Notes under the pieces: model-generated
Seen by the model: the letters and a program-made list of their open reading frames with translations, nothing else
What the model was told of the DNA's origin: nothing
The model's database searches: none
Position numbers and translations under genes: made by a program
Assembly: GCA_965223265.1 (NCBI GenBank)
Contig: OZ244999.1
Coordinates: 2,816,001 to 2,880,000 of the forward strand
Source of the DNA: Planctomycetota bacterium
GTDB lineage: Bacteria; Planctomycetota; UBA8108; SXIK01
Length of the DNA stretch: 64,000 nucleotides
Reading direction: 5' to 3'
In this document: positions 56,268 through 64,000 of the stretch, in pieces
Numbering within the stretch: position 1 is the first letter of the stretch
Layout of the letters: every line of letters begins with the position of its first letter

Positions 56268-58658
56268 ATGACGGGAATTCAAGTTCGATCGCATCGCGGC
56301 GCGTTCTATTTCGCGGTTTTCGCCGCGGCGCTGTTTCTGGCGAGTTTTGTGAGCGCGCCGGTCGAGGCGCAGCGCGCGCGATCGGGCGGTCGTTCTTCCG
56401 GCCGCAGCATGAGCCGGGGCTCGAGTTCCTCGAGCCGTAGCAGTGTGGGTCGCTCCCGCTCGTCCGGTCGCAGCGTCAGCCGTGGTTCTTCCGGCCGTAG
56501 CCGCAGCGTGAGCCGTGGTTCTTCCGGCCGCAGCCGTAGCGTCAGCCGCGGCTCCGCCGGCCGTTCGCGCGCCAGCACGGCGCGGGGCTCTTCGGGCTCG
56601 CGCTCCCGGAGTGCGGTTCGCTCCGGCGGACGGTCCTCCAGTCGATCGCGCCCGTCGGCCAGTGGGACGCGTTCACGCGGCTCGTCTGCAGCTGCGAGCC
56701 GCGGTACGCGTTCGCGGTCGTTTTCGAATCCTCGTGGCCGCGGTGGGGCAACACGATCCCGATCGTTTTCGCCGTCGGCGTCGCGTTCCCGTGGTTTGCC
56801 GTCGCGCTCTCGCTCTCTCGGTCGTTCGCGCCCGGCGAATCGCGGCTTACGTTCCTCACGTGGTGTGACGACGCGTTCGGGCGCGCGGGGAGTGTCACGT
56901 TCCGCCACCTCATCGCGCGCTCTGGGTCGCTCGAGCATTGGACGTAGCAGGATAGGTCGCAGCAGCAACCTCGGCCGTAGTCGCATCGGACGAAGCGTCC
57001 AGCGCGGCACCGGCGGCGCAGTGACGTCGAGATCGCGTGCAGTGGGGCAGCTAGCCCCCTGGAAGGTCGGTGCAACAAGGTCGACGTCAGGTCGCTCTCA
57101 GGTTGCCTCGCGCACGGACGTTTCGCGGCGCGGGATTTCGAGCCGCGCCAGCCAAGCACCATGGCGCGCAGGCACCTCCGTTGCCGCGCGGCAACAGGGG
57201 GCGCTTCGCAATCGCCTCGGTGCGCGCTCGTCAGGCGAGGCCGTGTCACGGACACGGGTTAGTTCAGGTACTGGCGGTGTTGCCTCGGTTGCGACGGGTA
57301 GCCGCAGCGGTACACGTCACCGCTTGCGCTCTGGTGTTCCGTATCTGAGCGAGTCTGCGACGCGTAGCGGTTCCGTACGATCGTTGACGGGCGGCCGTGG
57401 CGGCAACGTGCTGTCAAGTAGCGGTGCGATTTCGTCGCGAAGGGCAATTTCGTCCCGCTCCGCGGTGTCGAGCGCTTCGCTTGGGACGGCCGGGGCGAGC
57501 ACCGCGCTGCGTAGTTCCGCAGGCGTGACTTCGGGTGGCGTTCATTCAGCTGTCGTGCCCAGTCTCGATGCAGCGTCGACGTCAGCGCGCCATTTTTACC
57601 ACGGCCACCGTCGACATCATGGTGATCATCACGATTCCTATCATCACGCCTTCCATCATGGTTTCCACCATGGCCACCACCACCATTTTGGTCACTTCTA
57701 TGGCCACTATGGCTTCGCGCATCACTACCGTCACTATCACCACTTCGGCTATCCGTACTTCTCGTTCGGTATTTCTTTCGGATCACCGTACTACTACGCG
57801 GACGCCTTCTATCACGCCTACCACCACTATCCGTCACACTATTACCGCTACCATTACTGGCGCCCGGACGTCTACTACTACGCGTATCCTTACTACGCGC
57901 CCGTCTACGTCGCTTATCCTCACAACTACGCGTCCGACACGGTGGACTATGAGGTCGCCGAAGTCTCCTACGAGCCGCGGCGCGAAGTCGTACGGCCGCA
58001 GGAGTATGTCGAACCGAGCGACACGGGCGTCGTACCTGTGTCAGCGCCTTCAGACGCGAGCGCGGTAGCGAGTAGCGTCGGCCAAGGTGGCGAGGTCGTG
58101 ACCGACGCGCAGCGGAGTTTCGGACTCGGACTGCTGCACCTGCAGCGAGGCGACTTCAGCGCCGCCTCGGAGTCGTTCTATCTTGCCACGCTGGACGCTC
58201 CCGGAAGCGATCTGGCGAAGGTCGCCCTGGCGGTGAACCTGTTCGCGATCGCTGAGTATGAGCACGCCGCGGAATACTTAAGGGGCGCTCTTGCGGGGTG
58301 GGATGGTTTTCCGAATGCGGGCTTGGATTTGCGTAAATTCTATGGCGACACCGCAGCTTTGGCGCTGCACACACAGCGCTTGAGCGCGGCGCTTGAGCTG
58401 AATCCGTCCGACCGCGACGTGCGCCTCGTTTACGCCTTCGTACTTTTCCACAGCGGCGAGCGGGATGCTGCGGCTGCCCACTGGGACGCTCTCGACGACC
58501 TCCCCTCGAAGGATCCGGCGGAGGCGGCCGTGGTGGCGCGTTACCTAAGAACGTACGATGCCGCGGCGGCCTCGGAGGCCTCGTCTGTCAGTCCCGAGAT
58601 TCGGGCGTTTCTCGACGATCCTGACTTCGCCAAGGTGAGCGCACTGCCACTTGAGTAA
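56268..58658 (+). CDS. secreted protein: Ser/Arg/Gly low-complexity region, His/Tyr-rich block, C-terminal TPR domain
   Basis: Signal peptide ending VEA-Q; ~400 aa of S/R/G repeats; HHGFHHGHHHHF and YYY-rich tract; TPR-like helices; AAGGGGG SD. Confidence 0.85.
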   Translation: MTGIQVRSHRGAFYFAVFAAALFLASFVSAPVEAQRARSGGRSSGRSMSRGSSSSSRSSVGRSRSSGRSVSRGSSGRSRSVSRGSSGRSRSVSRGSAGRSRASTARGSSGSRSRSAVRSGGRSSSRSRPSASGTRSRGSSAAASRGTRSRSFSNPRGRGGATRSRSFSPSASRSRGLPSRSRSLGRSRPANRGLRSSRGVTTRSGARGVSRSATSSRALGRSSIGRSRIGRSSNLGRSRIGRSVQRGTGGAVTSRSRAVGQLAPWKVGATRSTSGRSQVASRTDVSRRGISSRASQAPWRAGTSVAARQQGALRNRLGARSSGEAVSRTRVSSGTGGVASVATGSRSGTRHRLRSGVPYLSESATRSGSVRSLTGGRGGNVLSSSGAISSRRAISSRSAVSSASLGTAGASTALRSSAGVTSGGVHSAVVPSLDAASTSARHFYHGHRRHHGDHHDSYHHAFHHGFHHGHHHHFGHFYGHYGFAHHYRHYHHFGYPYFSFGISFGSPYYYADAFYHAYHHYPSHYYRYHYWRPDVYYYAYPYYAPVYVAYPHNYASDTVDYEVAEVSYEPRREVVRPQEYVEPSDTGVVPVSAPSDASAVASSVGQGGEVVTDAQRSFGLGLLHLQRGDFSAASESFYLATLDAPGSDLAKVALAVNLFAIAEYEHAAEYLRGALAGWDGFPNAGLDLRKFYGDTAALALHTQRLSAALELNPSDRDVRLVYAFVLFHSGERDAAAAHWDALDDLPSKDPAEAAVVARYLRTYDAAAASEASSVSPEIRAFLDDPDFAKVSALPLE

Positions 58659-58739
58659 AGCACTGTCGTTCGAGTAAAGCACTGTCGTTCGAGTAAAGCA
58701 CTGTCGTTCGAGTAAAGCACTGTCGTTCGAGTAAAGCAC
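58653..58739. repeat. 19-bp perfect tandem repeat GAGTAAAGCACTGTCGTTC x4 plus a partial unit
   Basis: Units at 58653, 58672, 58691 and 58710, partial at 58729; no spacers. Confidence 0.95.
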
Positions 58740-58839
58740 CGTGCCCGCCGAGTGCGTTTGCGTGCTTTTTCCCTCCTGCGCAGGCTCTGATCGTGGTCGA
58801 ATGATCGCTTGCTGCAAAAGTCGTCGGTGAGATTTGTCG

Positions 58840-59424
58840 TCATCGTTCGTCGCAGCCGTCGTCCGTTGAGCAGTGTGTGCAACCACCTTCACGCTCGAAT
58901 GTCGTGACGTTCCCCCGACGGTCGAAGTCGACATGACAGCAGGAGAGCAGAGTGGTTCTCAGCAACTCTCGGCCCCGTTGAACGCGCGATTTGGCTCCGG
59001 ACAAGGAGAGTCCGAGGCGCTCTCCGACGGCGCGCTGCGTTAGACCTTCGACTTCTGCTAGCTCCAATGCCTCACGGTATTTTTCCGGCAACGACGGGAG
59101 CATGGCGTGAAGACAGCTGCCGACTTGGTCGTTGAGGTCGGATTCCTCTTCGTTTTCATCCGCCTGCGGCTCGTGCTCGAGGGGTTCGAGTCTACGCCGG
59201 GTCCTGAAGTGGTCCGCCACCGTGTTACGTGCGACTCGGAACACCCATGCGACGAGCTTGCGGTCGTCCTCCAGCTCACCGAGCCCTTGGTGTACTCGCA
59301 CAAAGACCTCCTGAACTAGGTCAGCCGCAGTCTCGTCGTCGGCGACACGACGCCGAATGAAGGCGAGAAGGCTACGGCTGAGCTGTTCCCAAGCGTGTTC
59401 GGTCGAGGTGGGCATTTCAGTCAT
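58840..59424 (-). CDS. sigZ: ECF RNA polymerase sigma factor SigZ
   Basis: LLAFIRRRV.D...AADLVQEVFVRVH, AWVFRVARN...DHFR, LSLSGAKSRVQRGR, CCHVDFDRRGN; start 59424 or 59415. Confidence 0.9.
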   Translation of the reverse strand: MTEMPTSTEHAWEQLSRSLLAFIRRRVADDETAADLVQEVFVRVHQGLGELEDDRKLVAWVFRVARNTVADHFRTRRRLEPLEHEPQADENEEESDLNDQVGSCLHAMLPSLPEKYREALELAEVEGLTQRAVGERLGLSLSGAKSRVQRGRELLRTTLLSCCHVDFDRRGNVTTFEREGGCTHCSTDDGCDER

Positions 59425-59438
59425 GATAGCATGGGGTC

Positions 59439-60101
59439 CTAGCAGCAGTCTGGACCACAGTTGCAAGCTGCTTCGCACGCCTCCTCGGTGGGATTCTGTC
59501 TGGACGAGACTTTGGCGCTGAAGAACCGTTTCAGGTTGTCGGGCACGTCGTCGGTTCCACCTTCCGGCGGAACGCTCTCCTCGCCTGAGAAGGACTCGGC
59601 GAGAATGGCATGCATGAGGAGAGGGACGGGCGCGGTCGTGTGCTTTTCTCCGTCCCAGTCCCACAGTCGGCATTCGACTCTCGTGGAACCGGAGCAGCAC
59701 AATTCGCCGCACTCGCCGCATTCGTTCGCTTCCCAGTCGGGCTGAACGTCGCGGCCATTGATGCGGACGGTCGGGGATATCTCCAACCTGTGCTTGCGAG
59801 CTTCTTCTTCGTTCTTCACGTGGACCTTCCGAAACGCCAGCTCGACGCCAACCTCGGCGAGTGTGGGCGAGAGCCGGTCGACCGCCGCCTTAAGACTGCC
59901 AGCCGTGCCGATACAGCGGCCGCAGGTCGTGAGATCGAGGTACAGAAACTCGACGGCAAGCGTGCGTTGCGTTCTCATAGATACTTTCCTTTCAATCGAT
60001 GGGCTCTCAGGAGCAAGGCAGCCGGTGAACAGCACTACGGGAACCAGTGCGACTCTCGTAGCGATCGAGGCGGGTCTGAACGACGACTGCTTGTTCCTCA
60101 T
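59439..60101 (-). CDS. DUF2703 thioredoxin-like Cys-rich protein, possibly a lipoprotein
   Basis: FLYLDLTTCGRCIGT, SPTVRINGRD, CGECGELC, ECRLW; lipobox FTGC if start is 60101; alternative start 59978. Confidence 0.85.
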   Translation of the reverse strand: MRNKQSSFRPASIATRVALVPVVLFTGCLAPESPSIERKVSMRTQRTLAVEFLYLDLTTCGRCIGTAGSLKAAVDRLSPTLAEVGVELAFRKVHVKNEEEARKHRLEISPTVRINGRDVQPDWEANECGECGELCCSGSTRVECRLWDWDGEKHTTAPVPLLMHAILAESFSGEESVPPEGGTDDVPDNLKRFFSAKVSSRQNPTEEACEAACNCGPDCC

Positions 60102-60210
60102 GGCTTTGCCTCTCAGTCACGCCAGTCCGAATTGACTGGCTCTATCCATGCAGTCGGAGAAGTTGCGAAAAGGACGCAAAAAAGTTCGGAAGACGCTTTG
60201 GCGTCAATTT

Positions 60211-60375
60211 GCGGGCGCCGCCGAGGGAGCTGGACTCGAAGGCACTCACCCCCACACCCGCCGGCACGCTTGGGGATCTACGTCGCAAACCGAGGCTACG
60301 ACCTTCAGTTCACCCAAGAGCACCTCGGGCAATGCGACCCGAAGCACGCCGTCCACTCCGCCCGGGTTGCCGGGC
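60211..60375 (+). pseudogene. frameshifted C-terminal fragment of a FimB/FimE-type tyrosine recombinase
   Basis: AAEGAGLEGTHPHTRRHAWG, then a frameshift, then YVANRGYDLQFTQEHLGQCDPKHAVHSARVAG; resembles the remembered family pattern HPH.LRH.CG..LAN.G.D.R.IQ.YLGH....HTV.Y. Confidence 0.75.
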
Positions 60376-60505
60376 AAGGAAGCTTGCTCGGCCCCTCAAG
60401 TTTATCTGCCCCATCAGCCGACGATTCTTCCATAGAGCCGCCGCGGGATGGGACCGCTGCCGCATCAGGAGATGCTGCGGTTGGCTTCGGACGACGGCAG
60501 ATGCG

Positions 60506-62293
60506 ATGACTCGGGAGAGACGCTTGTCGGCACAGACGCGACAGCAGAGCGAACCTCACAGCGCCACGATGGCCGGCCGCGGTCGACGAAGACGACGGCG
60601 GTGGCTGTTTTGGGGTGCGTTCCTCATTGTCGCCATCGTCGCTTGGCGTTTCTTCGCCGCACCGGCGCCGACGGTGCCGGGAACTGTCGTTGTCGTTGAG
60701 CTCGGCGCAGAGATGCGCACTACTCCGCCCTCTCAGCTGCAGGCTTTTTTAGGCGCACCAGAACTGAGCCTACTGTCGCTCCACGAGGCGCTGGATGCGG
60801 CTGGCAAGGACGAGCACGTCGATGCGGTATTGCTTAAGATCGGCGCTCATCGCGTCGGCCGAGGGGTGGCAGAGGAGATTCGAGGTCTGGTAGCGGCGCT
60901 TCGCTCTAGCGGAAAACGGACCATCGCTTTTCTGTCGCAGCCCGACAGTGAATCGTATTTGATCGCATCTGCGGCCGACGAGGTGATCCTCGAGCGCGCC
61001 GCACTTTTTGACGTTAGGGGGATTCGCCTGTCGTCTATGTTTCTCGGAAAGACCTTGGCGCGTTACGGCGTCGAGGCTGATTTTGTCCGCGTCGGCTCAT
61101 TCAAAGGGGCGTACGAGCAACTGGTGCGCTCGACGCCTACGCCAGAGTTCGAAGCAGCGATGGAATCCCTCGTTGACTCACTCTATGAGAGCTTGATCCG
61201 TGCAATTGCTTCGTCGCGCGAACGTCAGCAGGATGCTATTGGCTCGGCGATCGATGCCGCACCGCTGACACCGCAGGAGGCGATCGCGCAGGGGCTCGTC
61301 GATCATGTGCTGTTTGAGGACGAGCTCAAGGCACACATCGATAAGACTCTCGGCAGATCTGAGCTGCACTTCGAATCGGCGCAGTCGTTTCTGTCGCGGT
61401 GGCACCGTGCTGTCGACCGCGACCGAGCGTCGATTGCATTGATTGCGCTTGAGGGGACAATTGTCGATGGGGATTCGGGGAGACTTTCGCTCGTTGGCAA
61501 CGTGAGCGGCGCTGACACGATTGTCGACGCGATCCGTAGCGCCGAGGAGGACGACGCCGTCAGCGCGATCGTCCTTTACATCAATAGTCCGGGCGGCGGT
61601 GTCGGTGCCTCGGAACGCATTTGGCGTGCGGTAACTCAGGCACACAAGCCCGTGGCAGCCTACATCGCTGGCGTTGGCGCGTCAGGGGGATACTACGCAG
61701 CGGCGGCTGCAGATGTTATCTTCGCGCAAGAGATGAGTTTGACCGGCTCGATCGGGATCTTTGGGGGTAAGTTCGTGGCGGCGGAGCTTCTGGATTCGCA
61801 GGAGGTGGGGGTGCACACTTACTCGCGAGGTGCGCGAGCAAGCATGTTTGATCTTTCACGCCGGTTCAACGCCGATGAAAAGACAGCGCTGGCTCGCACG
61901 ATGCAGAAATCCTACGACACGTTCGTCGAGCGCGTCACACGTGGCCGCCGCCTAGAACGCAGTGAGGTTGAGAGGGCTGCGGACGGGCGAGTCTGGAGCG
62001 GGGTGCAGGCGCGGACGCTTGGGCTTGTCGATCACATCGGCGGGCTCGCCGATGCCATCGGCGAACTCGAGGAGCGTGCGGGGGTCTCGGACACTACACT
62101 CGTCGTCTACCCGAAGCCTCCCGGGCTTCTGGCGCCGTTCGTTCAACATCGAGAGCGCCTCGTGCACAACGGGAACCAAGCCGGTGCCGCCATGCGAGCC
62201 GGCGACTTGGCACGGACTCTCATCGAGGAGTTGTCCTGGCTCTCCGACGCTCGCGGCGTCGCCCTTATGCCGCACTTTCTTGAGGTGCGCTGA
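60506..62293 (+). CDS. sppA: signal peptide peptidase SppA (long, two-domain form)
   Basis: TM anchor; YLIASAAD, VGSFKGAYE, INSPGGG..ASERIW, ASGGYY, TGSIGIFGGK, ADGRVWSG.QA..LGLVD.IGG. Confidence 0.93.
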   Translation: MTRERRLSAQTRQQSEPHSATMAGRGRRRRRRWLFWGAFLIVAIVAWRFFAAPAPTVPGTVVVVELGAEMRTTPPSQLQAFLGAPELSLLSLHEALDAAGKDEHVDAVLLKIGAHRVGRGVAEEIRGLVAALRSSGKRTIAFLSQPDSESYLIASAADEVILERAALFDVRGIRLSSMFLGKTLARYGVEADFVRVGSFKGAYEQLVRSTPTPEFEAAMESLVDSLYESLIRAIASSRERQQDAIGSAIDAAPLTPQEAIAQGLVDHVLFEDELKAHIDKTLGRSELHFESAQSFLSRWHRAVDRDRASIALIALEGTIVDGDSGRLSLVGNVSGADTIVDAIRSAEEDDAVSAIVLYINSPGGGVGASERIWRAVTQAHKPVAAYIAGVGASGGYYAAAAADVIFAQEMSLTGSIGIFGGKFVAAELLDSQEVGVHTYSRGARASMFDLSRRFNADEKTALARTMQKSYDTFVERVTRGRRLERSEVERAADGRVWSGVQARTLGLVDHIGGLADAIGELEERAGVSDTTLVVYPKPPGLLAPFVQHRERLVHNGNQAGAAMRAGDLARTLIEELSWLSDARGVALMPHFLEVR

Positions 62294-62517
62294 GGCTTTG
62301 ACGCGTTCTCTTGACGCTCGCGCCCATTTCTCATAAGTTCTGCTGCGGCTGTGGAGGTCGCGTTTCGGTCAAGGCGTTACGACCTTGGCTGCAATGCGTT
62401 TCCCAGCGTCAGTCGGAGCGAAATGGACGAGAAGCGCGCCGTGGCCAAGAACGTGGTCGCAAACGCATTCCTGAACGATAGGAGACGTTGCTGGTGTCGA
62501 TCGTGGTGATAAAGGTG

Positions 62518-64000
62518 GTGACGAAGAGGCGCGGCTGGCAGCGATTTAGGTGGTTCGGACTCTGCTGCATTTTCGCCGCGTCTCTTACATCGTGTGCGCA
62601 TGAGCCAGGCTACTTCCTCGACGTCGCGGAGCGCGACGGAATGGAGTTCGTGAGCTACTCGGGCGATCGTCTGTGGTACCTCATCGACACGCTCGGCGCT
62701 GGGGTGGCGGCCGGAGACTATGACGGCGACGGTGATTCAGATCTGTTCTTTCTTTCTGGCCACGCGATTCTCGACTCGTTCCAGGATGAAGCTGACGAGC
62801 ACAGTAACGCACTTTGGCGCAATGACGGCGGGACCTTTACGGACGTCACAACCGAGACCGGGTTGCATAGAACCGGCTGGTCGAACGGTGCAGTGTTTGC
62901 GGACTATGATGACGACGGTGATCTTGACCTCTACGTCGCCCGTCATGGCCCGAACCTTTTGTACCGCAACGACGGCGGAAAGTTCGTCGAGCGGGCGGCG
63001 GAGGCCGGAGTCGATGATCATGGATTTGGCACCAGCGCTTGTTTCTTCGACTACGACGGTGACGGAGACCTCGATCTCTACGCTGCCAACTACGCTATCT
63101 TCGACGTCGCCGAGCAGAAGGGCAAAGTCAAGTGGTTCACCGACGGCGTCAAGCAGTTCCCGCAGTACTTCGAATCGCAGGACAACGTCCTGTATCGCAA
63201 CGACGGCAACGGCCGATTCACGGACGTCACCGAAGCCGCTGGTGCCGCGGGCACGGGGCGAAGCCTTGGCGTTGTCGCGACTGACTATGATCAGGATGGG
63301 GACCTGGATCTGTTCGTCGCCAATGATGTCGGGTTCAACAATCTTCTGCACAACGACGCCGGAGAATTCCGTGACGTCGCTCTGCTCACCGGAGTCGCGT
63401 GCAACGAGAGAGGTGCCTTCGAGGCCTGCATGGGCGTCGACGCTGCGGATATCGACAACGACGGTGACATGGACTTGATCGTCACGAACTACGGCGGTGA
63501 ACAGAACACGGTGTACCGCAATGAGGGCGACGGGTTTTTCGTCGACGCAACACGAGAACTGGGCCTTGTGAACCAGGCGGTCCTCGATTGCGTCGGGTGG
63601 GGCGTCGGATTTCACGACTTCAACCAAGATCAACATCTTGATCTCTTCGTCATCAACGGACATGTCGTCTCGAATATGGTGGCGTTCTACATGCGACACT
63701 GGAATGACAGTTCGAACGATATTCCGCAGATGGGCGCCGGCTCGTTTCGCCTTGGCGCGAAGCAAACCAAACTGTTTTTCTTTGGCGGGCCAGACGGACA
63801 GTTCCGCGATGCGACGCAGGAGTGTGGCTACGAGGTTTCTAGTCCCCGCATGGGACGGGGAGCGGCGTTCGCTGATCTCGACCTTGATGGAAGCGTCGAC
63901 GTCGCGGTGAGTAACAAGAATGCAGAGGCCCAGGTACTCCTGAATCGATTCCCCAATCGCGGCAATTGGATCGTCTTCGACTTGCGCTCGCCGCCGCCCA
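62518..64000 (+). CDS. CRTAC1-family FG-GAP/ASPIC-UnbV lipoprotein, 3'-truncated by the window edge
   Basis: Not in the ORF track (no stop in window). Frame 1 reads LTSC lipobox, GAGVAAGDYDGDGDSDLFF, NALWRNDGGTFTDVT, FADYDDDGDLDLYV, GRGAAFADLDLDGSVDV; start uncertain (62488-62518). Confidence 0.88.
   Translation, partial: MTKRRGWQRFRWFGLCCIFAASLTSCAHEPGYFLDVAERDGMEFVSYSGDRLWYLIDTLGAGVAAGDYDGDGDSDLFFLSGHAILDSFQDEADEHSNALWRNDGGTFTDVTTETGLHRTGWSNGAVFADYDDDGDLDLYVARHGPNLLYRNDGGKFVERAAEAGVDDHGFGTSACFFDYDGDGDLDLYAANYAIFDVAEQKGKVKWFTDGVKQFPQYFESQDNVLYRNDGNGRFTDVTEAAGAAGTGRSLGVVATDYDQDGDLDLFVANDVGFNNLLHNDAGEFRDVALLTGVACNERGAFEACMGVDAADIDNDGDMDLIVTNYGGEQNTVYRNEGDGFFVDATRELGLVNQAVLDCVGWGVGFHDFNQDQHLDLFVINGHVVSNMVAFYMRHWNDSSNDIPQMGAGSFRLGAKQTKLFFFGGPDGQFRDATQECGYEVSSPRMGRGAAFADLDLDGSVDVAVSNKNAEAQVLLNRFPNRGNWIVFDLRSPPP

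Noticed and set aside
58653-58739. CRISPR array
   Set aside because: Units are contiguous 19-mers with no unique spacers, and no cas genes are in the window
60209-60505. N-terminal extension of sppA in the ORF track
   Set aside because: Overlaps the recombinase relic; the TM anchor and basic N-terminus support a start near 60506
62720-63765. ORF-track calls 62720-63478 (+) and 62737-63765 (-)
   Set aside because: Alternative frames of the real CRTAC1-like gene, which the track omits because it has no stop in the window

Overview
GC-rich bacterial chromosome segment, most consistent with Planctomycetota/PVC (Minf_1886-family gene, HEAT-repeat S41 protease, CRTAC1/FG-GAP protein, secreted Ser/Arg+His/Tyr+TPR protein). 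All assignments come from motif recognition by eye; no database searches were run. (1) 1-11460 looks like an accessory island abutting the 3' end of tRNA-Val(GAC). It carries a ~2000-aa signal-peptide Rhs/YD toxin with a low-GC Zn-phospholipase C/HET-C-like tip, two tandem YceK/YidQ-type lipoprotein genes (the second fused to an HExxH domain) and an IS66 remnant. (2) 11.7-49.9 kb is mostly core genes: tmk-holB, S41 protease, comM, asd-truA, hpf-ptsN-yvcK-ptsH-ptsI, pilMNO-TPR-pilQ, rne, rplU-rpmA-obgE, pilT/U, coaX, mnmE-like and pyrRBC. Three copies of a ~160-bp foldback MITE lie between these genes. (3) 49975-54695 is a four-gene cluster (HMG-CoA-reductase-like, PlsC acyltransferase, alkyl-DHAP synthase, SDR) that maps onto the eukaryotic peroxisomal ether-lipid pathway and is the best candidate for a new system. 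(4) 54.8-64 kb holds a low-complexity secreted TPR protein, a 19-bp tandem repeat, DUF2703-sigZ, a tyrosine-recombinase relic, sppA and a truncated CRTAC1-like gene.
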